NCBI GenBank assembly: GCA_964491475.1
Contig: CAZBFO010000001.1
Coordinates: forward strand, 189,265-253,264
DNA from: an uncultured Gammaproteobacteria bacterium
GTDB taxonomy: Bacteria > Patescibacteriota > Patescibacteriia > SG8-24
DNA: 64,000 bases
Direction: 5' to 3'
Shown here: in pieces, positions 8,960 to 17,165 of the stretch
Numbering within the stretch: the first letter of the stretch is position 1
How the letters are laid out: every line of letters starts with the position of its first letter
Program-made: the position numbers and the translations under genes
The notes under the pieces: model-generated
Database searches by the model: none
What the model saw: the letters and a program-made list of their open reading frames with translations, nothing else
What the model was told of the DNA's origin: nothing

Positions 8960-10596
8960 GCGTTATTTTGCTCGGACGCGGTTCTTTGCCGTCGATTTCG
9001 GAGATTTATCCAATTTTCAAAAATCAACTCTCTTTCGGTTGCCGTCAAGCCCAAATCACCCAAGAGCTTGCGATCCTGCTTGCCCAGCACCGCCTCAGTG
9101 GACAAAGTTCGGACGTCATAATCGAGCTCCTTGATGTTAATCTTCACTCCCTTGGGCATGGGAATCAGCAGTCGCTCGATCTCGGACGGAACAAGTTCCA
9201 ATACACCTCCGCCGTAATGCCTACCCTCCAGCTCCGCACTTAACGAGGTGAGCGAATTTACGAAATTACCGACCAAGACATTCCCCGAAACGCTGTTTGG
9301 CTTAATTCTATATGCAGTGTCAGTGGTAAAAGCGTTTAGCTTGTTCACAATAAGCCTCGGAGTATTGCTCGAACGCTTAAGCATGCCAATCTCGGTTGCA
9401 TGCACAGAAGGAACGGAATACCAAGGCTTTCGAACGCTACACTTATAGCGAGTGTTCAGCTTTTGCCGTTCGCCAAACGCAATGTATTTTCTGGCGGCGG
9501 CATCCTTTGCTGCTGACTTATCAGGGAACCAGATGAAGTTTGTCGGGTAGCCCTTTTGAGCGTTCTCTGCGTGCTGCCGAGCGTCGTAAATAACCCCGGG
9601 GCAGTGCCCACTCCTCCCGAACATCGGGTGTGACCATTTCTCCAACCCATACTCTTGGACGGTATCATCATCCACCAGAAAAAAATCGTTCGCGCCGGTC
9701 ACGATGCCAACGTCGACTGCTGCAATATCAATGAATTGTTTTACGTATTCTTGGTTTGCCAGATCTGACAGAATCGACCGCATCTTTGACGCAAGGAGTG
9801 CGTAGGTCCACTTTCCCTTATTGACATCCGTGTTCATCAACTTTGGCGCGTTAAACACCTCAGAGGGATTCAACTTTAGAAACTCTTTTCCTTGCACAGG
9901 ATAAATGCCGACGCCTTCATTAAAGCCCTTGGGGCCGCGGCGTTTTTCAGCCATCAAGAGGACCGCACCCTGGAGCGTATTACCAAACCAGATTTCCTGA
10001 GGGTCAACGATTACGACTCTCCGACACTCTCGTCCAAGAAATGCTCGCAGCGAGCCAGCGTGGGCTACGTGGATTATTTCCGAAGGCACCACCATCGCCA
10101 AACGACCTCCAGGCCGAAGCATCGCAAGGGATGCTGCAATAAATGGCACCCACGCGTTCGTATGCTTAGTGAAGTCGAGGTTTAGGTGCGAAAAAATTTG
10201 CGCGGCACGTGCTTGGAATTTCTCTGGTAGATACTGATAGCGGATGAATGGCGGATTACCCAAAATGGCATCGAAGGTGGTGTTACCGCGCATTTCTTCG
10301 GTTGCCCAGCCGAGATAGTCACCCTGAACGATTCTTGCCTTCGGAAGAAGACCGCGTACTCGCCTCGCAGACTTCGCGGCCTCGTCTTCGTCCAGCTCAA
10401 GGCCGGTGACGGTGCTATTTGCAAATCCACCAACCTTCGCGAGTGCTTCAAAAAAAATTCCGTCCCCGCAACTAGGCTCGAGGATGTTTGCCGGCTTAAT
10501 TTCCTTCACCCAGCGGCTCAAAAAAACTGCCAAATCTAAGGAAGTGTAGTAGCCGCCCCTAAGCTTTTGTGCACTCTCATTAGCCCTAAAGTTCAT
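8911..10596 (-). CDS. N6-adenine-specific DNA methyltransferase (gamma class, Eco57I/TaqI-like) with a C-terminal target-recognition region
   Basis: ILEPSCGDGIFF is the SAM-binding FxGxG motif and AILGNPPFIRY is catalytic motif IV (NPPF). The gene is low GC and sits opposite the PLD nuclease. Confidence 0.8.
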   Translation of the reverse strand: MNFRANESAQKLRGGYYTSLDLAVFLSRWVKEIKPANILEPSCGDGIFFEALAKVGGFANSTVTGLELDEDEAAKSARRVRGLLPKARIVQGDYLGWATEEMRGNTTFDAILGNPPFIRYQYLPEKFQARAAQIFSHLNLDFTKHTNAWVPFIAASLAMLRPGGRLAMVVPSEIIHVAHAGSLRAFLGRECRRVVIVDPQEIWFGNTLQGAVLLMAEKRRGPKGFNEGVGIYPVQGKEFLKLNPSEVFNAPKLMNTDVNKGKWTYALLASKMRSILSDLANQEYVKQFIDIAAVDVGIVTGANDFFLVDDDTVQEYGLEKWSHPMFGRSGHCPGVIYDARQHAENAQKGYPTNFIWFPDKSAAKDAAARKYIAFGERQKLNTRYKCSVRKPWYSVPSVHATEIGMLKRSSNTPRLIVNKLNAFTTDTAYRIKPNSVSGNVLVGNFVNSLTSLSAELEGRHYGGGVLELVPSEIERLLIPMPKGVKINIKELDYDVRTLSTEAVLGKQDRKLLGDLGLTATERELIFENWINLRNRRQRTASEQNNAQSISITKRSELAVFL

Positions 10597-10697
10597 AGTA
10601 CCTACTTACGCACAATACACAGTGATGGTACTTGAACTGGGGCATATATCCCAGATAAGTTATACCCCCCCACACTCTAGTGCCGCTATTCCGCCCC

Positions 10698-12455
10698 TTA
10701 AGCTTTGGTTGGCTCACCGATATGAGGTTCATTCGGCGTCACGAAAGTCCCTTGAGCCTTGAGCAGCCCCGCATAAGCCCCACCCCGAGCCACGAGCTCC
10801 TCATGCCGCCCGCTCTCCGCAATCCGCCCGTCCTTCAAAACAAGAATCACATCCGCATCCTGCACCGTCCGTAACCGGTGGGCGATGATGAACGTCGTGC
10901 GGTCCTTCATCAAAACGTCGAGCGCGTTCCGCACGGCTTCCTCGGTCTTGCTGTCCAAGTGCGCCGTCGGTTCATCCAAAACGATGATCTTCGGCTTTCG
11001 CAGGAACGCCCGTGCCAACGCCACGCGCTGGCGCTCGCCTCCGGACAACTTCAGGCCGCGTTCGCCGACCATCGTGTTCAGGCCTTCGGGCAGCGCGGCC
11101 ACAAAGGTTTCAAGGCTGGCCAGGCGGACGGCCTCGCGGATCTCCTCTTCGCTGGCCTCGGGGCGGCCGTAGCGGATGTTGAAGCCGAGGGTTTCGTGGA
11201 AGAGGGTCAGGTCTTGGGGGACGTAGGACATCTGGCGGCGCAGGGACACCAAGTTGAGGTCGGCGGCGTTGCGGCCGTCGACCGTGATCTCGCCGGACTG
11301 GGGCAGGTAGTAGCGGCCGAGCAGGTCGACCATGGTGGTCTTGCCCTCGCCCGACTCGCCGACGATGGCCACGCGCTGGCCGGCCTTCACGGCGAACGAC
11401 ACGTCTTCCAGCGTCGGCTTGTCCTCGCTGTAGCGGAAGCGGACGTGACGGTATTCGACGTCGCCGCGCAGCTCGATGGCCTCGCCGCTCATGAAGTCCT
11501 CGGCAGGCTCGGATTCGATATCCTGAATGTCTTTGAGCGCGGCGGACATCCGCATGACCGAACGAAGCTGCCATTGGCAGTAGCGGATGTACCCGAAGAT
11601 GGCGAAGGTGTAGGCGGTGATGGTCGTGACGCGGCCAAAGGTGAACCGTCCGGCGCCGAAGTCCAGCACGGCCAGCAGCAATGCCGCGAACGATCCAAAG
11701 GAGATGATCAGGTTTTGGGTGTTGAGCACGCGCATGTCGATGCCGAAGTCCTCGGCGATGACCGCGCGGAACTCATCGCTGTACTGCTTGAGCGTGGTCG
11801 CGACGAACTGTTCGTTGGTGGTCGACTTCACCACCAGGGCGTTGCGCACGGAATCCCAGCCGAACGACGAAATCTTGCGATCGGCCTTGTTCCACTCCTT
11901 GCGGCTCTCCATCACCTTGGAAAGCGTCGAGCCGGTATACGACATGAAGGCGCAGATGGCCGCCAGCAGAGCCGCCGAAATGCGCCAGTCCAAATACGCC
12001 ACGTATCCCAAAATGCCCACGATGGCCAACAGTGCCGGCCACAAGTCGAACACGATGCCGCTGATGACGTTGTCCACGTCCCAGCGCAGACGGTTCACCG
12101 CCTCGGAAGTCTCGGCGCTTTTCCTGCCGTAATGAAAGGCCAGCGGCTTGTTGAGGATGACCAGCATCAACCGGCGCACCAAGCTTTCGGAGGCGTCCGT
12201 GGATACTTGCTGCCCGCGCTGCAACGTAAAGGAACGCAAGCGCTCCGAAATCACACGCAGTACGAACCAGCCGGCCAAGAAGCCGCCAGCCACCACGAAG
12301 CCCGAGCCGCCCCGAACCAAATCGAACCCACGCCCCATGGCGATGGGAGCGACCGTATCCAAACCGGCTGTCACCACGGAAAGCGCGGTGAAGGCGACGA
12401 CGGTGCGGGAATAAGGCTTGAGTTCGCGCTGGAGGAAGCGGGCGACAGGGTGCAT
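10698..12455 (-). CDS. ABC transporter, fused permease/ATP-binding half-transporter (MsbA-like exporter)
   Basis: Six-TM N-terminal domain. Walker A GESGEGKTT, ABC signature LSGGERQRVALARA and Walker B IIVLDEPTAHLD are all present. Confidence 0.85.
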   Translation of the reverse strand: MHPVARFLQRELKPYSRTVVAFTALSVVTAGLDTVAPIAMGRGFDLVRGGSGFVVAGGFLAGWFVLRVISERLRSFTLQRGQQVSTDASESLVRRLMLVILNKPLAFHYGRKSAETSEAVNRLRWDVDNVISGIVFDLWPALLAIVGILGYVAYLDWRISAALLAAICAFMSYTGSTLSKVMESRKEWNKADRKISSFGWDSVRNALVVKSTTNEQFVATTLKQYSDEFRAVIAEDFGIDMRVLNTQNLIISFGSFAALLLAVLDFGAGRFTFGRVTTITAYTFAIFGYIRYCQWQLRSVMRMSAALKDIQDIESEPAEDFMSGEAIELRGDVEYRHVRFRYSEDKPTLEDVSFAVKAGQRVAIVGESGEGKTTMVDLLGRYYLPQSGEITVDGRNAADLNLVSLRRQMSYVPQDLTLFHETLGFNIRYGRPEASEEEIREAVRLASLETFVAALPEGLNTMVGERGLKLSGGERQRVALARAFLRKPKIIVLDEPTAHLDSKTEEAVRNALDVLMKDRTTFIIAHRLRTVQDADVILVLKDGRIAESGRHEELVARGGAYAGLLKAQGTFVTPNEPHIGEPTKA

Positions 12456-12575
12456 ATCGCTTATAGTATAGCTTTTTCTGCCGAGGAACTGCTCAGTTTC
12501 TTCTTATTTGGCTCGGTTGTCAACATGCCTACAAGAAAACCGTCGAATCGACGACGGTTATGTTTCCCTGTAATC

Positions 12576-13187
12576 CTACGCCGTTACACGATCGAGAAAG
12601 CGGCATGCATTCGCCTGCAATGAACGCCCAACGATGCTCCGCGCGGCTTGTATGGCATCACCGCAGTTGTCGAAGACGAACGCGCGGTCCTTTTGACGGA
12701 ACAGGCGCTTGAACTCCGAATGATTTGCCCGTGCGTCTTGCTCGATTCCGTCCGGCTCCAGGGAACGAATCCTGCCGGTCATTCGGACGTCATGGTGCCG
12801 GCGACGTAGCACGGCATCAGTCGAAGCATTGAGCATAAAGTACGCCCTGCCGTACGGCCGAAACGCCTCGTCCCACATGCACTCGCGGCGCGTAATTCCA
12901 TTCTGCCTGATGCAGACAACCAAGTGCATCTCGCAGACGATCAACGGCGCCTGAGCGTGCAGGGCAAACGCCCTGAGCAGCGCCGATCGCAGCACCTCCC
13001 GCTTCGCAATAACGGATATCCGCTCAATCTCCTCACGGGAAGCGCCGTCGAAGGCGTGCCGCAAGACCTCCGAGCTCGATATCCGCACCGATCCTCTGAC
13101 CATGCTGACCGAGTGACCTGCTATGGTCGATTTTCCGACGCCGTTGATGCCGAACAGAAAGCAGACGTTTTTCATGATGGCCTCCAC
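12576..13187 (-). CDS. P-loop NTPase, small nucleotide/nucleoside kinase-like protein
   Basis: FLFGINGVGKSTIAG is a Walker A motif. Its size of about 200 aa fits NMP-kinase or shikimate-kinase-like folds. It lies downstream in the same orientation as the Ham1-like and ThyA-like genes. Confidence 0.5.
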   Translation of the reverse strand: MEAIMKNVCFLFGINGVGKSTIAGHSVSMVRGSVRISSSEVLRHAFDGASREEIERISVIAKREVLRSALLRAFALHAQAPLIVCEMHLVVCIRQNGITRRECMWDEAFRPYGRAYFMLNASTDAVLRRRHHDVRMTGRIRSLEPDGIEQDARANHSEFKRLFRQKDRAFVFDNCGDAIQAARSIVGRSLQANACRFLDRVTA

Positions 13188-13238
13188 GCCCTGAATGGGC
13201 GCCAGCCGCGTCGTCCGTTTGACGGCGCGGAAAGGCGA

Positions 13239-14201
13239 CTATTCAGGAGAAGCAAAGCGGCTTAGGAATCTGGCCAGCGCAGGCACCTCGGAAGTCCTGC
13301 CGCGCTCTTCGGGCGGCATTTCCGCATAGGTCAGTCCCGCGGGATTGGCAGCGGTCACCGGAATCAAGATCTTATCCATCGGGTACGAAGGGAACGTGCC
13401 TCGGGGTTCTTCGGAAAACCTGACCGGCACCTCGCTCACTTCCACGGACATCTGGAAGCCGTCAAAGAACGCGGCGGCGTTTCGTCTGCTCCCGTTTCGG
13501 TTTTCGACGCCCGCCAGGAGCCGCAACAGGCCCTCCGGCTTCAATTTGGTTGCGGCCTGTTTGGAGTTCGGACCGGGAAAGCCCTCATAGGCGTCCATGA
13601 AAATGCCGCCGTCGGTGCAGAGCACCGGTCTTCCCACGATTGCGTATGCACGTCGCGCCTTGTCGTCGGCAATTTTCTCGATGCTGTCATGTTTCAGTTC
13701 TGGAAGATCAAAGTCGCAAGCGTGGAGGTGCGGATGTTCGACCGCCGAACGCATTTCGCGCAACTTCATCGGATTGCTGGTGACAAAATAAACGGAGTCG
13801 GGGAACGGCCGATGGAATGCGACGACCGTGACACCAGTTTCTTCGTCGTCAGACTGCGCGGTCGGCACCCAGCCGAGTCCGCGCATCGAGCTGCGAATCC
13901 ACCTCGGATCAAAACCGCCGCAGGTACGAACGCGCTCAAAGTCGAAGACCGCATACGTGCCGACCCGAGACAGCCTCGTGAGCTCGGCCATATGCAACTG
14001 CGCTTCGACCTTGTCCGCCGTCAGACGGAGCACGTTCCTCGACGTGAGCACGTCGAACGCGCAAGGCGTCACTGGCATGCCTAACATGATCACCTCCAAA
14101 CACCTTGGCGACTCCAATGCGTCAAGCACTCCCGTGAGCACCGTTTCAAAACGCACGATGTTTCGCCTGCTTACTTCCTCGTTCTGCATGTCGACTCTCA
14201 T
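13239..14201 (-). CDS. Fusion protein: unknown N-terminal domain joined to a Ham1/ITPase-like non-canonical NTP pyrophosphatase domain
   Basis: The C-terminal half carries VYFVTSNPMKLREM (Ham1 S/TxNxxKxxE motif), DFDLPE and DGGIFMDAYEGFPGP. The start is chosen at the Met (MRVDMQ) that overlaps the upstream ThyA-like stop in an ATGA arrangement. Confidence 0.55.
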   Translation of the reverse strand: MRVDMQNEEVSRRNIVRFETVLTGVLDALESPRCLEVIMLGMPVTPCAFDVLTSRNVLRLTADKVEAQLHMAELTRLSRVGTYAVFDFERVRTCGGFDPRWIRSSMRGLGWVPTAQSDDEETGVTVVAFHRPFPDSVYFVTSNPMKLREMRSAVEHPHLHACDFDLPELKHDSIEKIADDKARRAYAIVGRPVLCTDGGIFMDAYEGFPGPNSKQAATKLKPEGLLRLLAGVENRNGSRRNAAAFFDGFQMSVEVSEVPVRFSEEPRGTFPSYPMDKILIPVTAANPAGLTYAEMPPEERGRTSEVPALARFLSRFASPE

Positions 14202-14971
14202 ACCATTCCCGCCATTAACGGCATTAACCTTGGCATCTTTTGCGCGGCGCACTCATTTAGGTACGAACTGACCGTCTCGAGAGCGGCATCATAGGTGTTC
14301 TGATAGATGTGGCCGTCCGTAATCATTCCGTCGATGAAGCCCATGCGTACCGGCGCACTGAGCGTTGACGACAACCGACGCCCCACCTCCTGCGCCAGCA
14401 GTGAGAAAATCACCAAATCGCTGACGTTCTTCTGGAAGATGTCCTGCGAACGCATGTTGTAAATGGTGTTGAGCATGTAGCCGTTGTCGTTCTTGCGGAG
14501 ACGGAACTGCAACGAAACGATACAGGGGAGATAGTCGTTATAGGGCGAATCCAGCACCTTGCCGTAATCCTCGTACGTCGGGAACACCATGACCGCCTTT
14601 TTGGATTCGGGAATTTCCGTCAGCCGTTTCACCACGAAATCGATCATTCGCCCCTCATGCAGCCTCGCATGATAGCTTTTCGCGCCCACGCGAAAGTTCG
14701 GCGTGATGTCGAAGTCTTCCATGACGGGGGACTCGAACACCAGACGGCGCATCTTCTCGATGTTGGCGGCGTTGCCGTAGCGCTCGACCAAGAAATCCTT
14801 TTCGCCGTGCGACCGCACCTTGAGCCGAAGCATCGGCAATGCGAACCTGCCCCGGTTCTCGTCGGGATCGTAAGCCCCGTTCTTAATGACGCACTCGACT
14901 GCCGCCAACCAAGCCTCACCGATAGTGTCTCCGGCAACCGAGTAGCCGAAGCATTCGTGGAAATTAATCAT
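14198..14971 (-). CDS. Thymidylate-synthase-fold pyrimidine C5-methylase/hydroxymethylase homolog
   Basis: [10 protein letters not shown] aligns with the ThyA PCH catalytic Cys loop. [20 protein letters not shown] aligns with [28 protein letters not shown] aligns with GDTHLY. Aligned by eye, Asp occupies the position of the specificity Asn of E. coli ThyA. Confidence 0.6.
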   Translation of the reverse strand: [257 protein letters not shown]

Positions 14972-15152
14972 AGGTGTGATGTGGATAAGTATGGGGTAGT
15001 CGTAACAGACCTCCTAAATACTGTCAAGCCTTTGACAACTTATTATTTACAAAGTGACAGATGGTCATACATAATTAATGCTTAAAGTCCGAAAAAGCTT
15101 GCGTTAATGTCAGCTCTCGACTACCCTCGCGCCCGCCGGTAATCGGACAAGC

Positions 15153-15569
15153 ATGGGTGATTTTCTAAAACGTTTCTTGGAATGGTCACAGCTTAAAATG
15201 GCACTGCATCAATTGCACAAAACGGTGCGATGCAAGGAGCGCGAAATATGGTGGGTGCACCTAGGGGTAAACGTAGGCGACGAAGAGGACGGCAAGAATG
15301 CGTCGTTCGAAAGACCAGCTATCATCATTAGGAGATTTTATGGCGGCAAGATACTTTGGGTTATTCCTCTCACAACATCAAAGAGAGATGGCGATTATTA
15401 CTTCAGCACCCGCTACACTAACTCAAACGGAAAAGTAATTGATCAATTCGCCATGATCCCGCACTTACGTGCAATCAGCCAAAAAAGGCTGGTACGCAAA
15501 TTGCGGATGCTGTCGAAAATCGAGTTCTCATCGTTAGCAGAACGAATAAAACAGTTCTTGGACACATAA
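15153..15569 (+). CDS. MazF/PemK-like endoribonuclease toxin homolog (orphan; no adjacent antitoxin ORF)
   Basis: REIWWVHLGVNVG...ERPAIIIRRF...ILWVIPLTTSKRDGDYYF parallels MazF GDLIWVDFDP...RPAVVLSPF...CLCVPCTTQSKGYPFEV. Confidence 0.5.
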   Translation: MGDFLKRFLEWSQLKMALHQLHKTVRCKEREIWWVHLGVNVGDEEDGKNASFERPAIIIRRFYGGKILWVIPLTTSKRDGDYYFSTRYTNSNGKVIDQFAMIPHLRAISQKRLVRKLRMLSKIEFSSLAERIKQFLDT

Positions 15570-15743
15570 AAAACGACACCCCGTCTGCCGAAGCAGGACG
15601 GGGCGTCTCGGAGCCCGAAGGCACTTGTACGGCTAGGCTACCACTGCCCGCACGGGCGGTCAAGAAACCCATCACATCGGAATTTTTTCGCCTCATTCAG
15701 CATTATTGTCAATACAAACACCTCGTGGCACAATGACCCCCGT

Positions 15744-17072
15744 ATGTTGGACCCCAAACTCATCCGAGAAAACCCCGAGGTGGTCAAAGCCGCCGCCAAG
15801 AACAAGCGCGTGAACGTCGACGTGGACGCCATCGTCTCGTTGGATTCGCAGAAGCGCAAGCTCCAACAGGAGTCCGAAGCCATCAAGGCCGAACAGAACA
15901 AGGCATCGGCTGAAATCGCCAAACTCTCCGCCGAAGAACGTCCCAGCAAGCTCGAGGCAGTCAAAAAGCTCAAAGAATCTTTCAAGGAGCTGGAAGAAAA
16001 GATGACCGCCATCGACGCCGAGCTGCAGCCGCTCCTCTTGAAGCTGCCCAACATCCCCAGCGACGACACGCCAATCGGCCCGGACGAGACCGGCAACGTC
16101 GTGCTGCGCCAAGTGGGGGAGATGCCCAAGTTCGATTTCCCGATCCGCGACCATGTGGAACTCGGCAAGATCAACGATCTCATCGACAACGACCTCGGTG
16201 CCGCCGTGGCCGGCGCACGCTTCACCTACCTGAAGGGCGACTTGGTGCTGCTGCAGATGGCCATGGTCAACTACGCCTTCGCGCTGCTCACCGACCGCGG
16301 TGCCCTTGAACGCATCATCGCCGAAGCCGACCTGCACGACGTCGTGGCCACCCCCTTCGTCCCCGTGGTGCCGCCGCTGATGATCAAGCCCGACGTGTAC
16401 CAGCGCATGGCCCGCCTTGAGCCGCGCGAGGAGCGCTACCACATCCCCAGCGACGACCTCTACCTCATCGGCAGCGCCGAGCATACCCTCGGCCCCATCC
16501 ACATCGACGAGACCATCGACGAGACCCGCCTGCCGCTCCGCTACGTCGCTGCCACCGCCGCCTTCCGCCGCGAGGCCGGCTCGTACGGCAAGGACACCCG
16601 CGGCATCATCCGCCTGCACCAGTTCGACAAGGTCGAGATGGAATCGTTCTCCGCCCCCGAACAGTCGCGCGGCGAGCACGAGTTCTTCGTGGCCGTCCAA
16701 GAGCACATCTGCAAGGCTTTCGGGATTCCATACCAGGTGGTGCAATCCTGCACCGGCGACCTCGGCGATCCGAACGCCCGCAAGATCGACATCGAATGCT
16801 GGATGCCCGGCCAGGGAACCTACCGCGAAACCCACTCCGCCGACTACATGACCGACTACCAGACCCGCCGCCTCGCCACGCGCGTGAAGCGCCGCGAGGG
16901 CGGGAACGAGTTGGCGCACACCAACGACGCGACCTGCATCGCCATCGGGCGCATGCTGGTGGCGGTGATGGAGAATCATCAGCGCGAGAACGGGACGATT
17001 GGCGTGCCGGAAGTGCTGGTGCCTTATATGTTGGGGCGGACGGTGGTTGGGGGAACAGAAAAAAAATCCTAA
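15744..17072 (+). CDS. serS: Seryl-tRNA synthetase
   Basis: N-terminal coiled-coil arm followed by class II core motifs (FRREAGSYGKDTRGIIRLHQFDKVE). Confidence 0.9.
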   Translation: MLDPKLIRENPEVVKAAAKNKRVNVDVDAIVSLDSQKRKLQQESEAIKAEQNKASAEIAKLSAEERPSKLEAVKKLKESFKELEEKMTAIDAELQPLLLKLPNIPSDDTPIGPDETGNVVLRQVGEMPKFDFPIRDHVELGKINDLIDNDLGAAVAGARFTYLKGDLVLLQMAMVNYAFALLTDRGALERIIAEADLHDVVATPFVPVVPPLMIKPDVYQRMARLEPREERYHIPSDDLYLIGSAEHTLGPIHIDETIDETRLPLRYVAATAAFRREAGSYGKDTRGIIRLHQFDKVEMESFSAPEQSRGEHEFFVAVQEHICKAFGIPYQVVQSCTGDLGDPNARKIDIECWMPGQGTYRETHSADYMTDYQTRRLATRVKRREGGNELAHTNDATCIAIGRMLVAVMENHQRENGTIGVPEVLVPYMLGRTVVGGTEKKS

Positions 17073-17081
17073 CGAGAGTAA

Positions 17082-17118
17082 GACCATGCCGCGTTTCAGG
17101 ATGCGGCATGGTCTTTTC
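17082..17118. terminator. Bidirectional rho-independent terminator between serS and the OLD-family gene
   Basis: aagaccatgccgcgtttcaggatgcggcatggtcttttcc forms a 12-bp stem followed by a T-run. A second hairpin aagcggcctgatggccgctttt lies at about 17139-17163. Confidence 0.55.
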
Positions 17119-17165
17119 CTAATGCGAGCGTGGCACCAAAAAGCGGCCTGATGGCCGCTTTTCAG

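Noticed and set aside
15570-15743. A possible promoter (TTGTCA-17-CACAAT) and hairpin upstream of serS.
   Set aside because: The -10 element is weak, and the hairpin is imperfect and lacks a U-tract. The evidence is insufficient to annotate it.
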